Of a stretch of DNA of 64,000 bases, positions 1-8,576 are shown piece by piece. The DNA comes from Myxococcales bacterium. Lineage in GTDB: Bacteria > Myxococcota_A > Bradymonadia > REDH01. Where the stretch lies: NCBI GenBank assembly GCA_020633625.1, contig JACKDJ010000008.1:55881-119880 (forward strand), in the 5' to 3' direction. Every line of letters starts with the position of its first letter. The stretch's first letter is position 1. The notes beneath the pieces were generated by a model. That model saw only the letters and a program-made list of their open reading frames with translations. It ran no database searches and had not been told where the DNA came from. The position numbers and the translations under genes are program-made.

Positions 1-322
1 TGTCGCCGGGGTCGACGAAACGAAGGTGGAGCGCCGCCTCGAGACGAGCGCGGTCGATCTCCGTGGGCCAGTTCCAGTCGAAGGCTGCGATTGGCTTGAA
101 GGCCCCGATGTGCGCGCGGCGTTGCCGGCGGTCGAGGCTGCGGGCAGCGCGCTGCTGTGCCTCCTCGTCGGCGAGCCGCTGAAGGAGCTGCAGCGCGGCG
201 CGTGGTGACCGGTTGCTCTGGACGAGGTCCGGCAGGAGGCGGGCGGCGCCGTGCCATCCGAGCTCGAGCAGACGGGCGCTGAGTTCAGCCGCCTCAGCGG
301 CCGGGGGCAGTGTGGCAGGCAT
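1..322 (-). CDS. istB: IS21-family helper ATPase IstB, N-terminal part (continues beyond window start)
   Basis: Read by hand on the minus strand. ATG at 322 overlaps the istA 3' end. Translation: MPATLPPAAEAAELSARLLELGWHGAARLLPDLVQSNRSPRAALQLLQRLADEEAQQRAARSLDRRQRRAHIGAFKPIAAFDWNWPTEIDRARLEAALHLRFVDPGD... This is the usual IstB region upstream of the Walker A. It is absent from the ORF track because it is open at the window edge. Confidence 0.8.
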   Translation of the reverse strand, partial: MPATLPPAAEAAELSARLLELGWHGAARLLPDLVQSNRSPRAALQLLQRLADEEAQQRAARSLDRRQRRAHIGAFKPIAAFDWNWPTEIDRARLEAALHLRFVDPGD

Positions 323-1787
323 CGTAGTCTCCGAGGTTGTGTGTGGAAGGGGCGTGATCCAGGTCGGCCAAGTGTGCGGGGAGCGCGACGGGCACAGCGA
401 GCGCCGCTTCTCTCGCCTTGCCAGAGCCGAGCAGCAGCATGCGGACGGAGGCGAGCCGAGGCGTGCCGCGCTCGAGGGCTTCTGCGATGGCGCGCGTGAC
501 GGCGTCGGCGCCGTGCGTCTCGACGAGCGTGTTGAGCCCGCGTGTGTGGTGCGCGGTCGGTTCTCGCTCTTCGATCAGGCGCTGGAGCAGCTGTGCCGCA
601 TTGGGGCAGGCGGTGATCAGTCGGGCGCGCCCGGAGTGCTCGCGGCTGCGCGGCCGCAGCTCGCGGATCTGTTTGGCGTGCTCGTGGAGCTGGTGGTCTC
701 CGTGTTTGTCCCAGCTGCGCTTGTGCGTGCACACGACCTCGTCGTTGTCGAGGATGCAGACGCGGTCGTGTGTGGCGAGCATGGAGACGGTCTTCCCGAC
801 GTAGCGCGGCGGCACCGAGTAGCGGTTCGTGTCGAGCGTGAGCCACGCTTGCTTGCCGACGCGCATGCCCCGGAGCGGGAACGCAGCGAAGGGCTCGCGC
901 GGCAGCGGGAGCAGCAGCGAGCGCTCGTGTGCCGCGGCTTCGCCGACAGTCTCCGCGCCCGCACGGCTGTGTGCGCGCGTGTGAAGGACCTCGGACCGCC
1001 ACTTCGCGAACGCGTCGATGTATTGGCCGCGCGTGGCAAAGGACGTGCCCGCCAGCAGCGAGTCTCGCAGGTCGCGGACCCGTCGCTCGACGTTGCCCTT
1101 CTCGTTGGGGCGCCGCGGACGGCAGGCGACCGGCTCGAAGCCGTAGTAGTCCGACAGCGCCAGCAGCGTGGGGTGGAAGCGCACAGCGTCGCCGACCCGG
1201 TCGACGACGGCGGTCTTCATGTTGTCGTAGAGGATGCGGCGAGGCACCCCACCCAACCGCTCGAAGGCGTCGACATGGGCCTCGATGAGCGTCGCGAGCT
1301 TCATGTCGTGGTAGAAGCCCACGAAGCAGTCGCGGCTGTACGGCAGCACCACCAGGAGCGCGTACACATCCCGGTCCGTACGGCCGACGCGGACCTTGCC
1401 GAGAGTCGCCCAGTCGACCTGCGCCTCTTCGGCCGGCAGCGGGACGCGCGTGGCGAAGACCTCTGGCGTGCGCTCGGGACGCAGCTTGCGCTGGACGAGC
1501 GCGCGCCGCAGCTGTTTCACGCCTCCGTTGTATCCGCGGTCGCGGATCATCTGGTGCAGCCGCGTCGCGGTCAGGTCCGGGTACTGCTTCAGGACCTCGG
1601 CGACCACGGGCAGGTACGGGTCCACGCCCCAGGCACGCGGAGCGGGGGCGATCGGCTCGGCCGGCCGATGGAGCGCGCAGACCACGGTGTCGCGGTGCAC
1701 GCCGAGCTGCGTGGCGATGGTGCCGATCGTCCAGTGCTCGCGGTAGTAGAGGCGGCGGATGGTGGCTTCGCGGGTGGCGTCAGTCAT
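294..1787 (-). CDS. istA: IS21-family transposase IstA
   Basis: 497-aa ORF with an N-terminal HTH (WTIGTIATQLGVHRDTV). It carries an rve-type DDE core (QVDW..., LLVVLPYSR, ILYDNMKTAV, RPRRPNEKGNVER). Followed by an overlapping istB. Confidence 0.92.
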   Translation of the reverse strand: MTDATREATIRRLYYREHWTIGTIATQLGVHRDTVVCALHRPAEPIAPAPRAWGVDPYLPVVAEVLKQYPDLTATRLHQMIRDRGYNGGVKQLRRALVQRKLRPERTPEVFATRVPLPAEEAQVDWATLGKVRVGRTDRDVYALLVVLPYSRDCFVGFYHDMKLATLIEAHVDAFERLGGVPRRILYDNMKTAVVDRVGDAVRFHPTLLALSDYYGFEPVACRPRRPNEKGNVERRVRDLRDSLLAGTSFATRGQYIDAFAKWRSEVLHTRAHSRAGAETVGEAAAHERSLLLPLPREPFAAFPLRGMRVGKQAWLTLDTNRYSVPPRYVGKTVSMLATHDRVCILDNDEVVCTHKRSWDKHGDHQLHEHAKQIRELRPRSREHSGRARLITACPNAAQLLQRLIEEREPTAHHTRGLNTLVETHGADAVTRAIAEALERGTPRLASVRMLLLGSGKAREAALAVPVALPAHLADLDHAPSTHNLGDYDACHTAPGR

Positions 1788-2407
1788 GACGGACCTCGCG
1801 GCTGGCGCGGTCGGCGCCTCCGGCGTGCGCGACGCGCGTCGCGCGCAGCTTCACGCGCGGCGAGATGATCGGCGAGCGAGAGCCGATGGGCCGACGCGCA
1901 GCCGCAGCGCGCGCAGACGCGCACGGCTGGAGCGAGGGCGAAGGGCGCGTCGGCGACGGCGAGGGCGGTGGAGGGGCGAACCCGAGGAACGGCCTGAACA
2001 TCGGTCTGCTCCGTGAGCGAGGTCGATTCGCCTGGCGTCGGACCGTCCGCCGCCGAGCTTGGCCCATCATCGAGCGGGCGGATCTTGTGGGAACTGTGAT
2101 GACCCACGGAATCGCACACCGTGGGTCGATTCTGGGCCGAGCGGGCACGCTGCCGAGCCCTGTACCGGCGCGCCTGCTCGGCGCGTCGGGCGCGGCCCGC
2201 GTCGGAGCGCCGCCAGCGCCGGCGAGCCTTCGCGGAGGTCGAGAGTCGCGCCAGCAGGCGACACGTCGCGGTGCAGTAGTGGTGGCCGCGGAAGCAGCGG
2301 GTACAGAGATGGAAGCGCACGCCACAGCTGCGGCACGTGCGGATCAGCAGCGCGGTCGCGGGGTCGTGGGTCTCGGGTGGCGTCGGCGCATCGGGATGCG
2401 AGTGCAT
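1784..2407 (-). CDS. Cys-rich hypothetical protein coupled to istA (possible zinc-ribbon accessory ORF of the IS)
   Basis: Internal ATG at 2407 of ORF 1784..2551. Its stop overlaps the istA start as ATGA (1784-1787). Third-codon positions are strongly G/C. Motif CRSCGVRFHLCTRCFRGHHYCTATC, with a second CARCGC. No family recognised. Confidence 0.45.
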   Translation of the reverse strand: MHSHPDAPTPPETHDPATALLIRTCRSCGVRFHLCTRCFRGHHYCTATCRLLARLSTSAKARRRWRRSDAGRARRAEQARRYRARQRARSAQNRPTVCDSVGHHSSHKIRPLDDGPSSAADGPTPGESTSLTEQTDVQAVPRVRPSTALAVADAPFALAPAVRVCARCGCASAHRLSLADHLAAREAARDARRARRRRRPRQPRGPS

Positions 2408-2960
2408 GGTCGAGCGCGAGAAACTGGACCTGCCGCCGCAGAGTCGGCACAAGGCCCGAAGAACGACGGCAACGTCGGCGGAAGAAGCGCCGGGCAAGGA
2501 TGCGACCCCTTGTGGCCCGGCGCTTCGTCGTTTGCAGCCTGCCGATATCAAAGGCGAATTCCTGGAGCGACAGGCGGTGGCGGCCTGCGGCCGCTCCGCG
2601 CGCTCGCCGACGGCTCGCCCGTTCCGCGACCGCAGGCCGCCACCGCCGCCCTCGGCGCCGCAGCCCGCCGAGGCCCGCCAGAGCGGCGCCCGGACGAAGA
2701 GGGAGCCTCGCGACGCTGCGCGCCTCTCTGGCTCGCAGCTGCGCCGCGCCGCTACCGCGGCGGCGGCCTCAGCACGGCGGTGGGGGCAGGCGCCGACCCC
2801 GGACGTTGCCCCGCGATGCCGAAGGCGACACTACGATCGAGAGACGCTTTGGCGACGAGAAGTCTGGAAAAGTGCGGATTCTGACGACCGTCGACAGCCG
2901 GTGCGGCGACGCCCCCGGTCGGCACTGGCCACCACCGCCGCGCTGACGCCGCTGCCGCTC

Positions 2961-3116
2961 TAGCGGCTCCCGCTCACCCGCCCTGTAGCGGCTCCCGCTC
3001 ACCCGCCCGAAGGTAGTTTCGCACCATCCGCCGGACACGCGCTGCCCGACGCCGGCGTGCCCCGATCCACCCGCCCGGCGTGCCCGATCCACCCGCCCGA
3101 GGGTAGTCTGCCCGGG
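2961..3116 (+). repeat. Cluster of REP-like repeats (GTAG/TAG heads followed by a CCCGCCC-rich arm)
   Basis: Tandem (g)tagcggctcccgctcacccgccc x2 (2961-3008). cacccgcccgaaggtagtttc (about 3000-3020). gtgcccgatccacccgccc x2 (about 3057-3098). cacccgcccgagggtagtctgcccggg (about 3090-3116). The ccgcccga[ag]ggtagt core is the same as in the arrays at 55.0 and 56.7 kb. Confidence 0.7.
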
Positions 3117-3379
3117 CCAAGCTCGCGGCGAGCGGCCTCTGGAGCGGACGTCGACGTCAGCTCGAGTACACCGGCCTTGGCTTCCTCGACGAGCTCACCG
3201 CGTCGGCGTGGACGGAGAGCGCGGCCACGAGCGGCGCGCTCTCTGCGTCCCTCGCGAGCTCCTCGTCGACTCCCGGCGCCGGGGCGACGACGACGAGCTG
3301 GGAACGCAACGATCTCGGGACCATCCTCGGCGTCGGCGGGTGGGCCGCCACGCTAGACGGTGGCCGAGCGATCGCATCC

Positions 3380-4936
3380 GTGAACAGCGTCGCGGTCGCC
3401 TGGGACGAGCTCGGCCGCCAGGAGTCGTTCGGTGGTCGCACGGTGGTGTGGGACGACGACGACCTCCCCGAGAAGGTCACGACCGGCGGCGTCTCGGAGC
3501 ACGACATTGTCGACGCGTTTGGTCGTGTCGTCGTCCGCGCGGGCGTCGTGCGCACGTACCTCGGCTCGACGCTGCTTCGCGAAGAAGCGGGCCCGTGGCG
3601 CCGCGATTGGTTCCCGACGGACGACCTCGACCGCCCGGTCGGCTACTCGGTCTACTGCGCGGCCCCGGACCCTGTCGATTGCGGCACGCTCCCGAGCGCG
3701 CTCGGGGCATCGACGACGCTCCCGAGCGGGGGGCTCGAGGCGACGTACCTGCTCGCCCAAACATTCCGCAACGACACGCTCGGTCTCGTCGACGGCGACG
3801 GCAAGCTCGTCGAGGTCTACCGCTATGGCGCGTACGGCGACCTCGAGGTGCTCGACGGCACCACGTCAGCAGCGTTCGCGCCCGCGACGGCGCCACCGTG
3901 CAGCTCCGCCGCCGGCACGTGCGGCTCGCAGTTCGGCAACCCCATCCTGTGGTCGGGCGCGCACTGGCGACCCACGGTCGGCCTCTACGACATGAGGGCG
4001 CGCCAGTACGACCCGCGCCTCCACACGTTCCTCTCGCGAGACCCACTCGGCTACGTCGACAGCTTCGACGAGTGGCTCTACGTCGGGGGAGATCCGTTCA
4101 ATATGTGGGACCCGTTCGGGTTGAACGCGCGGAACGGGCAGGGCGTCCCTTGGGAACCGTTCCCGGTGCCCAACAGCGTTCGCGAAATCGCGAACTCCAG
4201 CTTCGGGAATCCAGACAGTCCGATGAACCGAGGGCTCGGACGGGCGTCCTCAAGTTTCGCGGTCGGCATGGGGACGCTTGCCCTACACCCGGTCGACTCG
4301 AGCCGGGGACTTGTGCTCGCTGGCGGTGCTTGCGTCGGGTCACCTTGGCAGTGTGGGACTCGACTGTCCTCTGCGGTGGTGCGCGTCGCAAGCACCGGAG
4401 AGGGACGCTGGGAGATTGCGGGTGGCTTGGGTTTGATCGCTGCCGGGGGGGCGCCTGGGGCGATTGAGCGGCTCGGTGCTGGGGCAGTGGTTGTTGAGGG
4501 TGCAGGGGGAGTGGTTGTTGAGGTTGGCGAGGCGGCCGGCGCTGGGGCGGTGGTTGTGGAGGGCGGCCAGGCGGCCGGCACTGCTGCCGGGCCCCTAGCC
4601 GGCACCGGCGGGGGGGCCACCAGTCTGTTTCGCGCCGTAACTCAGTCCGAGCTGGACAACATCGCGGCCGCCGGGGGACGGTTCAGCAATCCACCTGGAA
4701 TCGAAGTGAAGTACTTCTCTACTTCGGCGCAAGGGGCGGCGTCGTACGCTCGGCAGGCAGCGCAGGCGTTCTCAGATGGCCCTTTCACGATCGTTGAGAC
4801 GTCGATCGCGGACTCGCTCATCGCACCAACGATGCGCGCCACCGTCGACCGGGGGATCCAGACGATTGTGGTGGGAACGGAGGACCTGGGCGCGCTTGCG
4901 CCCGCGCGCGTCTGGAGCTATACGCCGCTCCCGTGA
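3380..4936 (+). CDS. Orphan, 5'-truncated Rhs/YD-repeat core C-terminus fused to a polymorphic-toxin C-terminal region
   Basis: RHS-associated core signature YRYGAYGD...NPILWSGAHWRPTVGLYDMRARQYDPRLHTFLSRDPLGY...GGDPFNMWDPFGL (DPFGL at 4109-4123). About 270 aa of unrelated C-terminal sequence follow. The frame is open from 3107 with YD-like segments (LEYTGLGFLDELT, WERNDLGTILGV) but has no long N-terminal Rhs shell. GTG at 3380 is only the first possible start. Confidence 0.8.
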   Translation: MNSVAVAWDELGRQESFGGRTVVWDDDDLPEKVTTGGVSEHDIVDAFGRVVVRAGVVRTYLGSTLLREEAGPWRRDWFPTDDLDRPVGYSVYCAAPDPVDCGTLPSALGASTTLPSGGLEATYLLAQTFRNDTLGLVDGDGKLVEVYRYGAYGDLEVLDGTTSAAFAPATAPPCSSAAGTCGSQFGNPILWSGAHWRPTVGLYDMRARQYDPRLHTFLSRDPLGYVDSFDEWLYVGGDPFNMWDPFGLNARNGQGVPWEPFPVPNSVREIANSSFGNPDSPMNRGLGRASSSFAVGMGTLALHPVDSSRGLVLAGGACVGSPWQCGTRLSSAVVRVASTGEGRWEIAGGLGLIAAGGAPGAIERLGAGAVVVEGAGGVVVEVGEAAGAGAVVVEGGQAAGTAAGPLAGTGGGATSLFRAVTQSELDNIAAAGGRFSNPPGIEVKYFSTSAQGAASYARQAAQAFSDGPFTIVETSIADSLIAPTMRATVDRGIQTIVVGTEDLGALAPARVWSYTPLP

Positions 4937-4943
4937 GGCAGTG

Positions 4944-5264
4944 ATGGATACACTTCGCCCCGATGCGTTCGTCCGCGTGACCTTGAAGACCACCCGCGAC
5001 GGTGGCCGAATGGGGCCGCTTCCGAGACCTCGATTCAACTGCCCAGTGTTCTTCGGCGACCAGCGAGAGCACGCGAATGACTGCATGTTCCTGGTCGAGG
5101 AGGCAGACGGCGAGTTGGTGCCGGGGGGGGCTCCACGTATCGTCCCTGTCAAGTTCCTGGCCATCGGGCTCGTGCGGGATGAACTCCGCCCGGGAAACAC
5201 GTTCGTCCTGTGGGAAGGACGGGAGGTGGGGTGGGCGAAGGTGGTTGACGTCACGGATCCGTGA
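4944..5264 (+). CDS. Candidate cognate immunity protein of the Rhs C-terminal toxin (hypothetical, 106 aa)
   Basis: ATG 8 nt after the Rhs stop, same strand: MDTLRPDAFVRVTLKTTRDGGRMGPLPRPRFNCPVFFGDQREHANDCMFLVEEADGELVPGG... Its position is the canonical slot for an Rhs immunity gene. No family recognised. Confidence 0.5.
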   Translation: MDTLRPDAFVRVTLKTTRDGGRMGPLPRPRFNCPVFFGDQREHANDCMFLVEEADGELVPGGAPRIVPVKFLAIGLVRDELRPGNTFVLWEGREVGWAKVVDVTDP

Positions 5265-5388
5265 GATAGCCGATGACCGCCTCGTTCGGACCGACGACAC
5301 GTTGGGCCGGGCCGTGAGGAGGCGGGCGCCGCGTCTCGGACATCGGAGCCAGCTAAGATGCGGCCAGCGCGCGGTGTCTGCTCTCCTT

Positions 5389-5406
5389 CCCGAAGGTAGT
5401 TTCCCC
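5389..5406 (+). repeat. Solitary REP-like unit (cccgaaggtagtttcccc)
   Basis: Same ccgaaggtagttt core as at 3006-3020 and in the 55 kb array. Lies in the intergenic region upstream of ppiB. Confidence 0.5.
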
Positions 5407-5552
5407 TGCTTCGTGACCCCATCTCAGCGACGAGACGATGGCAGGACGGAACATCCCGGCCCGGCGGCAGAGTTGCCCCGCGCCGCTGCGTCCCCTATGG
5501 TCGCCGCGCGGGTCGCGGAGGCCTGCGACCCCCAACTCCCCATCTAGCTGAC

Positions 5553-6068
5553 ATGGCCAACCCGACCGCTACCTTCGAGACCAACCTCGGCTCGTTCACG
5601 GCCGAGATCTTCCTCGCCGAGATGCCCATCACGGCGCAGAACTTCATCGATCTGGCCGAGAGCGGCTTCTACGACGGGCTGCACTTTCACCGGATCATCC
5701 CGAACTTCATGTGCCAGTTCGGCTGCCCGCACAGCAAGGACCCCCGCAGCGGTCGCGCCGGCACCGGCGGCCCGCCGCACGGCACCATCGCCGACGAGTT
5801 CCTGCCGACGGCGAAGTTCTCGAACGAGCCCGGCACGCTGAGCATGGCAAACACCGGGCGGCCGAACAGCGGCGGCTCGCAGTTCTTCATCAACACCGTC
5901 CACAACTCGTTCCTCGACTGGTTCGACAACTCGACGCCGTCCAAGCACCCCGTGTTTGGTCGCGTGAACGGCGGCATGGACGTCGTGAAGAAGATCGAGG
6001 CTCGCGGCTCCCGCTCGGGCGCCGTCGAGAACCCCGTTCAGGTCATCTCGATCAAGATCGCGCGCTGA
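5553..6068 (+). CDS. ppiB: Peptidyl-prolyl cis-trans isomerase, cyclophilin type
   Basis: 171 aa with cyclophilin signatures: [40 protein letters not shown]. Confidence 0.95.
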   Translation: MANPTATFETNLGSFTAEIFLAEMPITAQNFIDLAESGFYDGLHFHRIIPNFMCQFGCPHSKDPRSGRAGTGGPPHGTIADEFLPTAKFSNEPGTLSMANTGRPNSGGSQFFINTVHNSFLDWFDNSTPSKHPVFGRVNGGMDVVKKIEARGSRSGAVENPVQVISIKIAR

Positions 6069-6074
6069 ACGAGC

Positions 6075-7874
6075 CTATTCGGCGGCGGCTGCGACCTCTC
6101 CGGTCGCGCCGTCCGCCGAATCGACCGCCGACGACGCCGCACCCGCGCGCAAGAACCGGCCGTGCCGTCGACGGGTGCCAAACCCGTCGGCAAACGCGCC
6201 GTCCTCGAACACACACTCGCCGCCGATCAGCGTCGCACGCACGGCGCCGTCGTTGCGTCTGACCATCCGCGAGACGCCCCCGAGCAGCTCCAGCGGAGCC
6301 TCGTGGTAGCCGTCGAGCGAGCCGTCGAGCCCGGCCGGGTCAACGACGACGAGGTCTGCGCGGTCGCCGACCCGCAGGTGGCCCGCGTCGACGTCGAACC
6401 ACTCCGCGAGCTCGCCCGTCACACGCCGCACCGCTGTCTCCAGTGGCATGATCGGCGCTCCTCGCTCCGCCGCGTCGTGGACCAGCCGAAGAAAGGCGAG
6501 GGCGAAGTTGTAGAACGCCATGTTCCGCAGGTGCGCGCCCGAGTCCGAGAAGCTGATCTGCACGGTCGGGTGCGCGACCAGCCGCTCCAGAACGTCGCGT
6601 CGGTGGTTCGCGATCGTCGTTCGCCACCGAACCGCTGTCCCATGCTCGACCACGAGATCGAGGAACGCGTCGACCGGGTGAATCCCTCGCGCGTCTGCCA
6701 CCGCGCCGAAGCTCCTTCCGATCACCGTCGCGTCGGGGCACTCCACGATCTCGGTGTCGTAGAAGTCTCGCTGCCAGACGCGCGGCGAGAACCGCTTCGC
6801 GTAGTCACGCCGAAAGCGCCGACGATAGGCCTCGTCGCGCATCAGCGCGTTCCGCGCGATCTGGTCCTTCAGGTGCAGCGCTGCCTCGCCGGCGCCAAAC
6901 TCCTCGAAGACGACGAGGTCGATCCCGTCGGCGTACACCTCGAACTCCATCGGCACGGTCTGCCAGCGCATGTCGGCGCCCGCGACCGTGTTTGCAGCAC
7001 CCACAAGCCCGGTGACGGCCAGAGCCAGACCGGGACTCGACTTCGCGTCTGCGGCCGTGATCAGCGTCGTCTTCAGTGGCTTGCGCACACCAAATCCCGC
7101 GCTCTCCAACACGAAGAGCAACGCGTTGACCTTTGTCGTGATGTTTGGTGCGCTCTGCAGCACGCGCCCGCGGCGGCGCAGCACCTTGTGGAGCCGGCGG
7201 TACTCGCCCCAGCTCCCATACGCCGACGGGAGCCACGCGCTGCGGTGCCGATCGCCGTCGAGCTTGTCCCACGGGTTCGTCATCGACGACATCCCTAGAA
7301 AGCCCGCATCGAGCGCCGCCTCGAGCCGCGACGCCATCTCCGCGTGCTCCGCCGCGGTCGGCCGCTCGCTCCCAGACACCGAGCGGTCCAGACCCAGCAC
7401 GCTCACGCGCAGGTCGGAGTGACCGACGAACGCGGCGACGTTCGGGCCGAGCGGGCGAGCCTCCAGCGCCGCGATGTAGTCCTCTGGCGTCGTCCACGTC
7501 TTCTCGCGCTCCAGCAGCGCCAGCACCGGCTCGCGAGGGAGCGCCTCTACTCGAGAGAACATGTCCGCGCAGTCCAGCGCGTCGCTGAACACCGTCCCGA
7601 GGGAGCACGACCCTACGAACACCGTCGTTACCCCGTGCCGAACGGACTCCTCGAGCCCCGGCGCGCCGATCACCTCGGCGTCGTAGTGCGTGTGCGTGTC
7701 GAGAAAGCCGGGCATCACCCAGCAGCCGGCGGCGTCGATCGTCCGCGCGCCGACAAGGGGAGCCGACTCCACCGCCGCGACGCGGCCGCCGCGCACCCCA
7801 ATGTTCGCGACCCGGCCGGGCGAACCCGTCCCATCGAAGTACAGACCGTTCGCGATGACGACGTCGTAACGCAT
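6075..7874 (-). CDS. N-acyl-D-amino-acid deacylase (D-aminoacylase) family amidohydrolase
   Basis: 599 aa. N-terminus YDVVIANGLYFDGTGSPGRVANIGVRGGRVAAV...IDAAGCWVMPGFLDTHTHYD is typical of the family. Confidence 0.85.
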   Translation of the reverse strand: MRYDVVIANGLYFDGTGSPGRVANIGVRGGRVAAVESAPLVGARTIDAAGCWVMPGFLDTHTHYDAEVIGAPGLEESVRHGVTTVFVGSCSLGTVFSDALDCADMFSRVEALPREPVLALLEREKTWTTPEDYIAALEARPLGPNVAAFVGHSDLRVSVLGLDRSVSGSERPTAAEHAEMASRLEAALDAGFLGMSSMTNPWDKLDGDRHRSAWLPSAYGSWGEYRRLHKVLRRRGRVLQSAPNITTKVNALLFVLESAGFGVRKPLKTTLITAADAKSSPGLALAVTGLVGAANTVAGADMRWQTVPMEFEVYADGIDLVVFEEFGAGEAALHLKDQIARNALMRDEAYRRRFRRDYAKRFSPRVWQRDFYDTEIVECPDATVIGRSFGAVADARGIHPVDAFLDLVVEHGTAVRWRTTIANHRRDVLERLVAHPTVQISFSDSGAHLRNMAFYNFALAFLRLVHDAAERGAPIMPLETAVRRVTGELAEWFDVDAGHLRVGDRADLVVVDPAGLDGSLDGYHEAPLELLGGVSRMVRRNDGAVRATLIGGECVFEDGAFADGFGTRRRHGRFLRAGAASSAVDSADGATGEVAAAAE

Positions 7875-8006
7875 GGCTGGCTCGGGCTCGGGACCGGCTG
7901 AGCATCACGCAATCGCCGGACGCGCGCAAGCCACCGGCGACGAACGCGCCCTTGCTCGCGCAGCCGGTCTGGGGCACAACACGCGCTCCACTCTCCGAGG
8001 AGTCGC

Positions 8007-8492
8007 ATGCGCTTCGAGATCCGCCACACGTTCCCGTGCCCCCCCGAGCGACTGTGGGAGGTCACCGACTCCGAGGAGTTCGAGCGTCGGCTGGCCGAGG
8101 CTACGGGCGCGACGCGCGTGCTGCTCGAACAGTCCGTCAAGGACGGCTCCCGCTACACGAAGCGGCGCATTTCGATGAAGCGCGATCTGCCTGCGCCCAT
8201 GCGCAAGGCCCTCGGAACCGACGAGATCTCCTACGATCAGGAGACATGGCGGCCGGTCGAGGGCGATCGGCTGCGCTGGCAGATCTCCCCAAAGGTCCTC
8301 GGGGACCGGTTCTCCGGAACCGGGACGACCACCGTTCGCGCCACCCCCGCCGGCTGCGAGCGGATCATCGCCGGCGACCTGCAGGTCAAAGTCCCGCTCA
8401 TCGGGGGCGCGATGGAGAAGCGTCTCGTCGACGACGTGACGGCGTCGTACGAGCGCGCCGCCAAGATCGCGCTCGACATGCTGGCCGAGTAG
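8007..8492 (+). CDS. Hypothetical protein, DUF2505/SRPBCC-like (tentative)
   Basis: 161-aa ORF with ordinary composition, in the gap between flanking genes. The family assignment is from memory of DUF2505-like proteins and is unverified. Confidence 0.6.
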   Translation: MRFEIRHTFPCPPERLWEVTDSEEFERRLAEATGATRVLLEQSVKDGSRYTKRRISMKRDLPAPMRKALGTDEISYDQETWRPVEGDRLRWQISPKVLGDRFSGTGTTTVRATPAGCERIIAGDLQVKVPLIGGAMEKRLVDDVTASYERAAKIALDMLAE

Positions 8493-8525
8493 CCGGCCAC
8501 ACGGCCCTACGCCGCACGGCGTCCG

Positions 8526-8545
8526 GGCGCCGGTACGCCGGCGCC
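8526..8545. terminator. GC-rich hairpin between convergent genes (possible bidirectional terminator)
   Basis: ggcgccgg-tacg-ccggcgcc: perfect 8-bp stem with a 4-nt loop, between the stops at 8492 (+) and 8577 (-). No U-tract. Confidence 0.35.
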
Positions 8546-8576
8546 GCCAGACGCTTCTGTGTCGCGGCTCCGCGAC

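Larger units (their letters stand above)
1..2551 (-). mobile_element. IS21-family insertion sequence (partial; left end outside window, upstream end not mapped)
   Basis: The istA-istB arrangement plus a coupled upstream ORF. Terminal inverted repeats cannot be defined with one end outside the window. The end at 2551 is only the limit of the upstream ORF. Confidence 0.6.

Noticed and set aside
213-1868. 551-aa plus-strand ORF (and nested ORFs) across the IS21 transposase region
   Set aside because: It is antisense to a full-length IstA with clear DDE motifs. Its Arg/Ala/Gly/Val-rich low-information composition is typical of shadow frames in about 70% G+C DNA.
3208-4467. 419-aa ORF overlapping the Rhs fragment in another frame
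   Set aside because: Extremely Arg-rich with no motifs. The overlapping frame carries the unmistakable RHS core signature.
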